NCBI GenBank assembly: GCA_002269645.1 | Contig: NIVC01003240.1 | Location: forward strand, 45,448-109,447 | Reading direction: 5' to 3' | Origin: Macrostomum lignano | Taxonomy: Eukaryota | DNA: 64,000 nucleotides | Shown here: piece by piece, positions 21,819 through 33,651 of the stretch | Layout: the number at the start of each line of letters is the position of its first letter | Position numbering within the stretch: position 1 is the stretch's first letter | The notes under the pieces: generated by a model | Told to the model about the DNA's origin: nothing | Databases searched by the model: none | The model's input: only the letters and a program-made list of their open reading frames with translations | Program-made: the position numbers and the translations under genes

Positions 21819-24768
21819 ATGCCAGACCCAGATCTGCTTCAGGAGCAGCAGCTGGTGCTGCTTGAGGACGAGGTGTTCGACTTTGACGACCTGGCCGCCG
21901 CGGTTCAGCTGCAGCCGGATGAGCAGCCGCCGGAGCAGCCGCCTCCGCCTCCGCCGCCGCCGCCAGGTGAAGAGTTTATGAGTGGTGATCAGTCACTCGA
22001 AAACTCCCACTTCTAGACACTGGGGAACAAGCGCCTTGGTATATACTCGGTGTCCTTAGCTTTATCTGTGGGTCGAACAAAACCAGAGCGAATCAGAATT
22101 CTTGACGGTCCTCGAGCTCGGAATTAGGAATAGAACGTGCGCCCTAATGAACAATTGAATTCTTCAAATTTCTGTAATTATTCCTCCTGAAGGGCGTCTT
22201 CTTCGTTACGTCCGAAACGAAATGGATAACTCAAATCAAATCAATAAATCCTCTAGTAATATATCCTAGGAAATAAGGAGGCCTTTTTCAAATGTGTCGA
22301 CAATAAGTGGCTTTCGTAAACTCAATTAATCAGCTTATTAGTGCTATAGTAAAGAACTAAATCTGGTAAACGCTTACCAATTGGACAAGTGTAGTCTCTC
22401 CGAGATTGGTCTCCTTCTCTTCTTCTTCAGAGTCATCTTTGAGACCGCTCCAAGTCTGAATTTTTGACTTGGATTTTCGCTTATATTTAAAGTAAAATTT
22501 TGGTGAAAACTGGTTTAAAATCGGTTATTTACTTCGGTCACACATGTTTGATTAAGAGGCCATGAATGTTTGATAATTATCATATATGGAATTAAGCAAA
22601 TACAACTCCCGAGAACCGGTTCCTTGATCAAATAAACGTTGGTTCTACGTAGGGTTCTGAGTCACTTTTATTTGCACATGACTCATTCTAAAAATCGATA
22701 TTCTAAAAATAGATTGCGAGTTTAAGTTGGTTTTCTTAGATGTTACTTTAAGTAGTGCATTACTATCTGACTAACGGCTCTCTACACAGGCTCCGCAGCT
22801 GAGCAGGACGCCCGCGACACTCGCGCGATGATCGCCAGCATGCTGGAGGGCCAGCGCCCGCTGATGACCATGACTGCCATGGACACGGCGCCCTCGGCCT
22901 ATCTGGAGTATCTGAGAGTCATCGTCAACTGCGGCCGCCTTCTGCGACAGCCGGCGATGCCGGCGGACCTCCGCCAGTCAGTGGTGGCCCTGCTAGCCAG
23001 GGCAAAGCCGCTGTTCTGTGCCAACGCGTTGAACCTCATCGTCCAGACGATGTCCGCGTCTATTAGCAGCCGCGGAGACCAGCCGGTCGCCGTCGCGATG
23101 CCCGCCTTCTGGAGCGCCACGTTCAGCCAGCACGAGTGCCGCCTGTGGGTCGACCTGGTGGAGACGCTGCTCTTCTTCTGGGCCGACGGAGGCGGCGGCA
23201 GCGGAGGCGGCGGCGCAGCTTTTGTTGAGTCGTTCGCTTTGGGCCTCCTTGACCGCCTCGCGGAACTGCGTGCCGCCTACGCGCCGCCAACAGCCCAGGA
23301 CTCCGGTGACGGCATCGCTGCGGCCGCCTCGATTGACGAATCTCGATCCAGGGCGGAGCGTCTGGCAGCTGAGCTGAGCCGCAGACTGCGACCCCAGCAC
23401 CTGCTGGCGCTGTCGCTTGGAGCTGGCGGGACTGGCGGCACCCAAAGCCGAAGACGCGCGCCTCTGGGTTCTTCGTCCAGATCGGGGCCGACAAGAGCTG
23501 CAAGGTGCGGCGTTAAAAGCCAGTTCCAGTGGCGGCCTTTGTAACCTTGATTTCGTGCTTTTGTCCTCCCCATCTGCAGTCTTTCTCCTTCTTATTTCTG
23601 CACTCTTTGTCCTCTTCATCTCTGCACTATTTGTCCTCTTCATCTCTGCACTCTTTGTCCGCCTCATCTCTGCACTCTTTGTCCGCCTCATCTCTGCACT
23701 CTTTGTCCTCCTCATCTCTGCACTCTTTGTCCTCCTCATCTCTGCACTATTTGTCCTCCTCATCTCTGCACTATTTGTCCTCTTCATCTCTGCACTCTTT
23801 GTCCTCTTCATCTCTGCACTCTTTGTCCTCCTCATCTCTGCACTCTTTGTCCTCTTCATCTCTGCACTCTTTGCCCTCCTCATCGATCTGCACTCTTTGT
23901 CCTCTTTATCGATCTGCACTCTTTGTCCTCTTAATCTCTGCACTCTTTGTCTTCCCTATCTTCACTCTTTGTTTTCAAGCGTTTTCCTATAAGCTTCAAA
24001 TATGTAAGCACTATTTCTTGCAGATCTTCAACTGCAAACACGACGCGGAAACAGCAGAGACAGACTCAGACGCCGACTCAGAAGCAGCAGCAGCAGTCAT
24101 CTCTGCTGGCAGCCGCCTTTGTCTGCTTCTTGGAAGCCGCGGGCGTCCGGCTGCAGCCGCCACCGTCGTTGGAGGCTGCAAAAGCCGCGCTGGAGGGCGT
24201 CACAATTGAGCAGGCCGGATCGGCGTTGCGCCTCCACCAGACCGACACGTTCGCCGACAATTTGCCGCGGCTGCAGGGACTCCGGAAGACGCTGCGCTGC
24301 CTGCCGACGTCTGCAGCTGACGATGCCGCTGGCTGGCTGCGGTCGCTGCGGACCGAAGTCGAAGCCTCTGCCGCCGCCGCCGGCGTCAACGAGCCCGCCG
24401 ACCTCGGCGACTTGCTGGCCAGCTTTGCTGCCTACGCGTCCGCCGTCTGCGACTTCGAAGCCGCCTGGCAACGAAACGTTGTCAAGGACGCCGATGCGAT
24501 GTCGCCGTTCCTGCTCAGCTGCCTCTCTCGAGTTCTGGCGGGCAACATCGGGCCGGCCAAGGCGGTGCCGGGCTGCTGGGAGGCGCTGCCGGAGACCCTG
24601 CGCGACGAGCTGGAGCAGCTGTCGGCCCGCCGACTGGCCTCGGTGTCGGCGGCGGCTCAGGACGCGGACGACTCGGACAGCGGCCCGGCGGCCCCGGCAG
24701 CCTTTCACTTTGATGTTGTTGTGCTCAAGCAGGCGGAGATCCGGCCCGAGTTTCTGTCACCCGAATGA
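21819..24768 (+). CDS. Uncharacterised protein; join(21819..21966,22790..23504,24024..24768), ~535 aa; acidic/poly-Pro N-terminus, helical A/L-rich body
   Basis: GC-rich coding-like exons with GT/AG boundaries in consistent phases 1 and 2 (total 1608 nt). No family recognised; the start codon is uncertain. Confidence 0.65.
23590..23955. repeat. Intronic minisatellite, 24-bp unit TCATCTCTGCACTCTTTGTCCTC(C/T)
   Basis: Directly visible in intron 2 of the orphan gene. Confidence 0.95.
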
Positions 24769-24769
24769 C

Positions 24770-24918
<149 letters not shown>

Positions 24919-25409
24919 CTTTCTATATGTCATTTTAGAACTAATATTAAAATTTATAATATTTTTATATTTGCCGAATTCTGCATGTCATTTTAAAATA
25001 AAAAGTTTTCATCTAGCTATATAGATTGAGTTTTCAATAAATATTTTCATTTAATTCTGCAGCCAGTGCTGGAACACCCACTGGAATGTCTTTTGGTCAC
25101 CGATTGCGCTTAAGTAAACTCAGACGCGGCTTGGCCACAAGTGACTTAGTAGTTTTACTACTGACTGGGTGACACAGAAGACATTCGAATAAAAATTTAG
25201 CGAGTCAAGATTAGATTGGCGTGTACATTGAACTTCGTTGCAGTAAGGTTTAGTCTTAGCAAAGTGGGAGTGATTGTACATTGGCTGAAATTTTTGTTTA
25301 ATTATCCGATATTTGACGCGTACGATTCACTTACTGTAAGTAGAAATGATAGAAAATGCTATCTAAAGTTTTTCAGAATCCAGCTAAAGGCTTTATACAG
25401 CACGCTGCA

Positions 25410-27966
25410 TCAATTTCTGGCCTCGTATCTTTTGCCGCTGGCCATCATAAACACGAAATCGTCGTAGCTGATGCGACCGTCGCAGTCGAGGTCCGCCTCT
25501 TTGAACATGTCGTCCAGCTCCTCCGGGGTGGCCTCGATGCGCATGCTGGCTAGGCTGGCGGCCAGCTCATCGCGGGTGATGTACCCATCGCCGTCTTTGT
25601 CGAATACCTGCGCGGGTATGTGGGATCAGATGCTGTGATGCTGTGATCAGAGTGATGCTGTGATCAGATTGATGCTGTGATCAGAGTGACGCTGTGATCA
25701 GAGTGATGCTGTGATCAGACCGTGATGCTGTGATCAGAGTGATGCTGTGATCAAAGTGATGCTGTGATCAGAGTGATGCTGTGATCAGAGTGATGCTGTG
25801 ATCAGAGTGATGCTGTGATCAGAGTGATGCTGTGATCAAAGTGATGCTGTGATCAGAGTGATGCTGTGATCAGAGTGATGCTGTGATCAGAGTGATGCTG
25901 TGATCAGAGTGATGCTGTGATCAGAGTGATGCTGTGATCAGAGTGATGATGCTGTGATCAGAGTGATGCTGTGATCAGAGTGATGCTGTGATCAGAGTGA
26001 TGCTGTGATCAGAGTGATGATGCTGTGATCAGAGTGATGCTGTGATCAGACCGTGATGCTGTGATCAGAGTGATGCTGTGATCAGAGTGATGCTGTGATC
26101 AGAGTGATGCTGTGATCAGAGTGATGATGCTGTGATCAGAGTGATGCTGTGATCAGAGTGATGATGCTGTGATCAGAGTGATGCTGTGATCAGAGTGATG
26201 CTGTGATCAGAGTGATGCTGTGATCAGAGTGATGCTGTGATCAGAGTGATGCTGTGATCAGAGTGATGCTGTGATCAGAGTGATGCTGTGATCAGAGTGA
26301 GCTGTGATCAGACCGTGATGCTGTGATCAGAGTGATGCTGTGATCAGAGTGATGCTGTGATCAGATTGAGCTGTGATCAGACCGTGATGCTGTGATCAGA
26401 GTGATGCTGTGATCAGACCGTGATGCTGTGATCAGACCGTGATGCTGTGATCAGAGTGATGCTGTGATCAGAGTGATGCTGTGATCAGATGCTGTGATGC
26501 TGTGATCAGACCGTGATGCTGTGATCAGACCGTGATGCTGTGATCAGAGTGAGCTGTGATCAGACCGTGATGCTGTGATCAGAGTGATGCTGTGATCAGA
26601 GTGATGCTGTGATCAGAGTGATGCTGTGATCAGAGTGATGCTGTGATCAGAGTGATGCTGTGATCAGAGTGATGCTGTGATCAGAGTGATGCTGTGATCA
26701 GAGTGATGATGCTGTGATCAGAGTGATGCTGTGATCAGAGTGATGATGCTGTGATCAGAGTGATGCTGTGATCAGAGTGATGCTGTGATCAGAGTGATGC
26801 TGTGATCAGAGTGATGCTGAGATCAGACCGTGATGCTGTGATCAGAGTGATGCTGTGATCAGAGTGATTCTGTGATCAGAGTGATGCTGTGATCAGAGTG
26901 ATGCTGTGATCAGAGTGATGCTGTGATCAGAGTGATGCTGTGATCAGAGTGATGCTGTGATCAGAGTGATGCTGTGATCAGACCGTGATGCTGTGATCAG
27001 ACCGTGATGCTGTGATCAGAGTGATGCTGTGATCAGAGTGATGCTGTGATCAGATGCTGTGATGCTGTGATCAGACTGTGATGCTGTGATCAGAGTGATG
27101 CTGTGATCAGATTGATGCTGTGATCAGAGTGACGCTGTGATCAGAGTGATGCTGTGATCAGACCGTGATGCTGTGATCAGAGTGATGCTGTGATCAAAGT
27201 GATGCTGTGATCAGAGTGATGCTGTGATCAGAGTGATGCTGTGATCAGAGTGATGCTGTGATCAGAGTGAGATGTGACCAGAGTGAGATTTGACCACAGT
27301 AAACAGTGCCTGACCTTGAAAGCGCCTCTGGTCTCCTCGGTAGGCGTACGGCGCTGCAGTTTAATCATAATCATTTGCACGAACTCTTCGAACTCGATTG
27401 ACCCGTTGCCATCCTGATCAACTTCGTTAACGATGTCCTGTTGGTAGCAAGAAAACTAACTGTAAACAAAATTTTAATTCTCTGTTGTCTTCTCGACTTA
27501 GAAATCGCAGGTATATTATTTTACCATAAGCTGAACTGAGTGACAGGACCGAGTGACAGAGCCGAGTGACAGAACCAGAGTGACGGAGCCCGAGCGACGG
27601 AGTCAGAGTGACAGAGCCAGAGTGACAAAACCGAGTGACAGAGCCAGAGTGACGGAGCCCGTGTGACAGAGCCAGAGTGACAGAACCGAGTAACAGAGTC
27701 TGAGTGACAAAACCGAGTGACAGAGCCGGAGTGACAGAACCGAGTGACAGAGCCAGAGTGACAGAACCGAATAGCATAAGTCAGCAAGTGAGAATAAGCC
27801 TTGCCTTGAGCTCCGAGTCGGTGGGGTTGTGCCCCAGCGACCGCATCGCGTGGCCCAAGTCCTCAACGGTGATGCTGCCGCAGCCGGACCTGTCAAACAA
27901 AGTGAAGACGCTCTTCAGCTGGGCCACCTGCTCCTGTGGAATGCTGCCAATATCGAAGTCAGCCAT
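25410..27966 (-). CDS. Calmodulin-like four-EF-hand protein; complement(join(25410..25607,27315..27437,27805..27966)), 160 aa
   Basis: MADFDIGSIPQEQVAQLKSVFTLFDRSGCGSITVEDLGHAMRSLGHNPTDSELK|DIVNEVDQDGNGSIEFEEFVQMIMIKLQRRTPTEETRGAFK|VFDKDGDGYITRDEL...EADLDCDGRISYDDFVFMM. All joins are phase 0; intron 1 uses an AAG/GCAAG donor. Too divergent to be canonical calmodulin. Confidence 0.9.
25625..27300. repeat. Intronic minisatellite, 17-bp unit GATGCTGTGATCAGAGT, ~100 copies, filling intron 2 of the calmodulin-like gene
   Basis: Directly visible. Confidence 0.98.
27535..27772. repeat. Intronic 12-14-bp array (GAGTGACAGAGCC[A/G]) in intron 1 of the calmodulin-like gene
   Basis: Directly visible. 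Confidence 0.93.
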
Positions 27967-28362
27967 GATTTGCCGAATTAATCTTCTTCTTCGGTTACAG
28001 ACTGCTGCAGCTTGTGAGAAGGCTCTCGGGTCTGCTGCTTATTCAAGTGGGCTTTGTCTGTTGCACTGTACTGGCAGAGTTTTTTGCTATTGTTGCTTAT
28101 CTGTCGCTTTGTTGTCCCGGGCCCGCGCTCCCTGCGACCAGCCCAAATAGCTGCGCACTATCGACCCACTCCACACCGGTGTACGCACAGCTGCATCTGT
28201 AACCTGCTCTCCTCTCGTCTCTCTCCTCTTCACTGAGGCAGAGATATTCTGCTTCAATCCAGCAAACCAACGTTGTACGTGACCAGCTGTTTATTGCTCT
28301 CCATAGTGTGATTATCAGCAAAAGTTCATGGCGAATTTTTTTAAGTAGTCAGTCAGTAGAAA

Positions 28363-28585
28363 CAGGGGTTGCAAACTCACGGGCCACATGCGGCCCGAGA
28401 AGGCTCTCTATCCGGCCCTCGGCTCCTGTGAAACTTCTCAACAGCAATCCGTCCCGCTCTGGGTTTGTATCTCTTCTCAGCTCTCTCCTCTCTCCTCTTC
28501 TCTGCTCTCTCCTCTCTCCCCTCTCTTCATCGTCTCGTCTCCTGGCCTTCCGTCTTCTCTCCCCTCTTCTCTCATCCTATCTCGA
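28363..28585 (-). mobile_element. hAT(Charlie)-like MITE terminus plus CT/GA-rich tract
   Basis: CAGGGGTTGCAAACTCACGGGCCACATGCGGCCC resembles hAT/Charlie-type ends. The internal part is homologous to 10021-10200 and 44030-44170. Confidence 0.45.
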
Positions 28586-28985
28586 TATCTCTGATATAAA
28601 AGTGTTTAATTCACTTCACTCTTGTCAGCCTACTGTTAGTAGTTCACAGCAGAACGAACCCGCTCAATTGTAATTAGCTAAACGGGGTAGAGCCGTACAG
28701 CATGGGTTTACAGTTTTCAAAAATGTTCAATCACGCTTGTATTTAGAACGATGGAACTTCTGCGAATTGATGCGTCAAGTGCGCAAGCTACCAGGAGAGC
28801 GCAAGTTCTGAACTCAATCAATCAGTTTTTGTACCTGATAAAGTGATTTTATTGCAACGTAAGATTGTAAGCGCTAGCTAGGCTGGGTACATTCTCATGT
28901 GGCGAAGTTTACACTAAATTGAATTTACAAAGTATAGAAAACTACTGGTCTGTTACTTGAACACTTTCCACTGACAGCAGTCGGC

Positions 28986-30230
28986 CTAGCTGGCCTCAGT
29001 GATCGGTTCGGAAGTGGCCGCGTCAGCCGCAGATGATGCGGCAGCCTCGGCGGCCTTGGCCCTCTCCAGCTCGGCAGCGTCCTCCTCCTTGAAGAACTTG
29101 TTGCGCCACAGCCGGTGCACCAGCTCGGTGGTGACCAGGTGGCCGGAGTTCGAGGCGATCAGGCGCAGGAGAAACACTCCGTCGTTGCGCAGGTGCCTGT
29201 TGACAAACTCTTGCAGCGCCGCGGAGTCCCGCTCTCCGTGGTACTTGTCGCTGGTGGACAGGTAGCTGTCAATGAAGTCATACTGTTTAAAGGGCAGGCA
29301 GTACAGCAGCCAGTACAACAGACTGACTATATTAGCTGCCGAGATGACAAGGTACCAGAACCAGAGGAAGACGAAGATCTTCTCGTTGAACAGGTTGACG
29401 GTGAGCACGCACTGCATAGTGTAGGGATGCCGGACATTCAACCGGCGGATCTCGAAGTCGCAGTGGGTGATGCGCGGAAAGATGCCGCTGTTGCGCCAGC
29501 TCTTGCCCTGGACAATCTCGCTGAAGACGCCCAAGTCGAAGACACGGTAGCTGGAGCTCAGCATGCAGCAGACGGCCAGCAGGAGGCCGAAGGAGGCGCA
29601 GAAGAAGAGCATCTTGGTGAACACGTAGCTGAGGATCAGGTAGGACCCGAAGCCGCCGCGCAGGGTCCTACGAAGCCGCTCAGTGCGACTCTTGCGGTTC
29701 TTGTCATCCAGAGCGAAGATCACCGCCTCCTCGAATGTCTTGGCCAGCGAGACCACGGCCTGAGGCCTCTCAATTGGGTCAACGCTGATCACCGAAGAGG
29801 CATTGTGCACGATGGTCTTCAGGCTGACCCCGGTGCGCGTGTTGAGAATCTTCCACACAATATTGGGCACATTGAGGGCCAGGGCCATGAGCGCCAGGAT
29901 GAAGGGCACGTACTGGTAGTAGTTGATCTCGTACTGACGTCTCACGTGCTCGTGATCCGGCACGCCGGTCTCATTCATGGGCACAAAGTAGGTGTTCTTG
30001 ATCCAGCAGTAGCTCTCCGAATATTTCTCCCATTGTTCGCTGAACTCGGCAGGAATCCAGCACTGCAGCGGCTTGCCAACGTACTGCCTGGCGCTCACGA
30101 CCACGGCAAAGATCACAATCATGATGGACGTGTAATAGTAGTTGAGCCTGTCGGAGAAATCGTTGTCTGACCTCAGAGACGAGTCGGTCAGCTTGAAATC
30201 TCCAACCTTGCTGAAGAAATCCTGATTCAT
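28986..30230 (-). CDS. Innexin (invertebrate gap-junction/pannexin family), intronless, 414 aa
   Basis: DDFSDRLN-like DNDFSDRLNYYYT, YVGKPLQCWIP, YCW, YYQYVPFIL, FPRITHCDF, QCVLTVNLFNEKIFVFLWFW; four TM segments and two Cys per extracellular loop. Confidence 0.97.
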   Translation of the reverse strand: MNQDFFSKVGDFKLTDSSLRSDNDFSDRLNYYYTSIMIVIFAVVVSARQYVGKPLQCWIPAEFSEQWEKYSESYCWIKNTYFVPMNETGVPDHEHVRRQYEINYYQYVPFILALMALALNVPNIVWKILNTRTGVSLKTIVHNASSVISVDPIERPQAVVSLAKTFEEAVIFALDDKNRKSRTERLRRTLRGGFGSYLILSYVFTKMLFFCASFGLLLAVCCMLSSSYRVFDLGVFSEIVQGKSWRNSGIFPRITHCDFEIRRLNVRHPYTMQCVLTVNLFNEKIFVFLWFWYLVISAANIVSLLYWLLYCLPFKQYDFIDSYLSTSDKYHGERDSAALQEFVNRHLRNDGVFLLRLIASNSGHLVTTELVHRLWRNKFFKEEDAAELERAKAAEAAASSAADAATSEPITEAS

Positions 30231-32104
30231 GACGTCTGTTCAGGACTTCAGGCTGCTGCAAGTAGTAAAGAAAGGGTGGGATTATGTAACTACCAAAGCC
30301 TCGAGGAAGGAAAGGTGAGGGAGCAGAGCGGTATGCCTTGTCCTCAAATAGCCTAAAGTGTTACTTGACTACTCAGTGCACATCCTAAGAGTAAATAAAA
30401 CTGATGGAGCCGCAGGAGTCTGCGCTAGCACTCACAGTTTTCGCCAAGGCGGTCCCAGGTGTTCGTCAGCTCTTCCCTGTGATTATTTTTCCAGGTCTTT
30501 CGAATCGCGCTTCGAGGAAATGGTTGTCTTTTAGAAGCGAAGCGCGCAAGCAAGTTGGAAGGGCAGGGAGGTTGCTAGTTGTCTTTAAAACCGAACTTGG
30601 GAGTGGCAAATTTTCTGCTTTGTTATCTTATCGTAGGTTTTGCAAGACCCTAGCATTGAGCGAGAGAGACAGAGCGCTGAAATGCCGCAGTCTGCATGCC
30701 ACGATTCTCTGATATTGTATCAAACCTGCATGGCTAACCATGAGGCCTGAGAGGCAAATGTCCATTTCTTGTTTCTGGCGCACACTTCGTTGCGGCCTTG
30801 CCTTAATCTATACACTTGGTTAGAACTCAATGATCTATATGCCAGTATGTTCTAAGCTCTTTTTTATAAATTTTTCTTAACTTCTGACTGAGCTAAAGCT
30901 ACCAAAAGCAGAAATATAGCTTCGTCCCTTATCTGCAAAGCATTGTTGAAGATTGTCTAATCTGCAGACGCGCTCTGAAAGCCGAACCATTTATGCAGCG
31001 ACTGCAGCTCGAATCACTGATTAATTCTCTAGTGGACAGCTATAGGCATACATGTACGAGGTTAATTAAATTTCAAATGCCACTAGGCGCTATTTAATTC
31101 ATTAATCCAAATCTCACAGAGGAGCCTGGTTGCCACAGTGAATTCCACCGCTGAGACCGAGTGGCACCTGAGTCTGGCTTGAAATAAGATAATCCTGTTA
31201 TTCGTTTATAGAATATACTATCGAATACAGAGACCAGTCGATGCTGTTCCCAGGAGGAGGAACCAGAAACCTATTGAAATGTGGTGTAATTAAAGAATCT
31301 AATTTTCAATGCGCTGTGTTTTAGTCTTGAATGAATCTTTCAAGCATCAAAGGGAGAAACCTGAGACTATAAGAAAATCGCGGAAATGCAGAGCAGCATC
31401 AAAGCGGACTGAGCTAAAGAGACGGAGGGTGGCGGTACACGCAAAGCAATTTTGTATTACGGATTTCTCCAGCCCATGCAGATATTGTCGGATTTAGCAG
31501 GAAAAACAAATCCTGTCCGTAGGCCTGCATAGCTAATCTTGATAGAGGCCTGACAGACCCATGATTAGTGTCGCACTTGTTGCACGTCAAGTAAGGAATG
31601 AAATTTTTCCAAATCTTCTCATTGTCAATTTATTGCACTAGTTTTTCCCACCTCAGATTTGCTAACCTTGTAGCACGCTGTTCTGCTTCAGATGGAGAAT
31701 ACTGTCATAGGAGTCCTGCTGTTTAAGGAGGCTGAGGTTTTAGGGAGCCCAGTGCTTTAACATTCAGACGTCATATACGACAGATAGCGTCAGGTAAGCT
31801 TATTAACTTCAAAGGGGTGACCGCTAAAGCCGGTATATTAGAGCATATTAGCATACTTAATTCTCATACTTCTGATTAGGCTTTTCAGGAATAACTATTC
31901 GGGAAATGACTTAGAATAAATTTTGCAGACCTAATCACCAAACTCGAGCTTCTCCAGGGGTTAGCGAAATGGGCGGAAACGCTTCCTCGCTACATCTGGA
32001 TGCACGGAGCCCCCTGCAGCAAAGTCAAGTAAGGCTCAAGCTTCTATATAAAGTTATTTAATGGGAATCACGGTCAATTTTTTTATCCACTCATAAAATC
32101 AATG

Positions 32105-32545
32105 AGCCGTGCCCTCTTGCTAGAGTAAGAAACACAAGGGGTCTGTCTGTGTTTTGGGGTGGGGTAAGGCCCCATAAAATCGATGAGCCTAGCTCCTCTT
32201 GCCGAGAGTAAGAAACACAAGGGGGTAAGGCCCCATAAAATCGATGAGCCTAGCTCCTCTTGCCGAGAGTAAGAAACACAAGGGGGTAAGGCCCCATAAA
32301 ATCGATAAGCCTAGCTCCTCTCGCCGAGAGTAAGAAAAGCAAGGGGTCTGTCTGTGTTTTGGGGTGGGGGTAAGGCCCTATAAAATCGATGAGCCTCTCT
32401 TATTGCTTAGAGTAAGAAACATAAGGGGTCAGCGTTTTGGGTTGGGGGTAAGGCTCTATAAAATCGATGAGCCTCTCTTATTGCTTAGAGTAAGAAACAC
32501 AAGGGGTCTGAGTTTTGGGGTGGGGGTAAGGCCCCATAAAAGGTA
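32105..32545. repeat. Minisatellite, ~61-bp unit (GGGGTAAGGCCCCATAAAATCGATGAGCC...GAGTAAGAAACACAA), some units with a ~20-bp insert, ~6 copies
   Basis: Directly visible. Confidence 0.92.
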
Positions 32546-33651
32546 TACATGTGATTTGAGGGTTGTGCCTTGAGGCCCTCATATGTGTGAATCGCACTAC
32601 AACCTGCAGCCCCAAATGAATGTGTTTGCGCACAGAGACGAACCAAGGGTCGTGGTTTTGAAGAGCTTCATACTGAGCTTCATACGAGCTAATGCATATA
32701 CACGGGTAAGCCGCAACAGGGAGAGTTTCGATGTAAAAGCCCTGCAGAAGAACCCAGCTGGAAGCCAGGAAAGGTGAGGTGTCGGACTAAAATAGACCCA
32801 ACCTGAGAGCTGACGCGTGCAGCAGATTAACTCAACAGAGCGACAGCTTGAATATTGAGAACAGGGGATGACATTAATTGAATATACAAAAGTGAGCGCT
32901 ACATTGCAACGACTTTAAAGTTAGACAAAAAAGTTCAAATCAACATCAATGGTAAGCTAATGTGGTTCTTTAAGAATCAGCTTGGATTTTGATTTACGGA
33001 CGATTCAGTTACTAATCACTTTCACCTTTTTTCGTTTCTCACCTGTCAGATGAAGCTCGGGAAATTCGCTCCGCTTTGTTAATAAATATTTAATTGTTAA
33101 AAACACGCAGGGAGAAAATTTCATCAAAGTCACTCAAAATTTGAAGCGCGTGCCACATTTAATTGAATCTGTCAGAATGAATGACGCGGCTCAGGTCTGT
33201 GATTTTTCCCCCCCAAAAAAATAATTTAAAATGAGTCTAACAGTTCTCGCACATAAATACTTAATTGCTCTTGAGACTTGACGGCTTTGTGCTTGTCAGA
33301 AATCCATTAAAAGCAAGACGAAAATTAGATTTCAATTAGCCAGATGAGACCCGTAGGAAAGATTCAGTGATTATTCGGAGGCGTAAAGAATTTTCCATTT
33401 TTAGTCTGATTCTCCGGCAATCAATTGTTCGCGTCATGATTATTTTGTTCAGACAGCGAACGATGCCGTTCAGTGTCTGATGATTTTCACGGACGCGGTG
33501 TAGGCCCAGCACGAGGACGGACAAAGCTAGGGTCTTGGAAATTTTCAGCTGTACTTTTAATTTTTTAAAAAAGATATCACTCTAGAAGTAGTCACTGTCA
33601 GTAATTAGTCAATATCAACGCGTGAGTTGCCACTCCTGCTGGTCCTCGCCT

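Noticed and set aside
29115-30170. Long antisense ORFs over the innexin, the GPCRs (8839, 33733), the caspase (alternative frame 19028) and the orphan gene
   Set aside because: Shadow ORFs expected from GC3-rich codon usage; no recognisable motifs.
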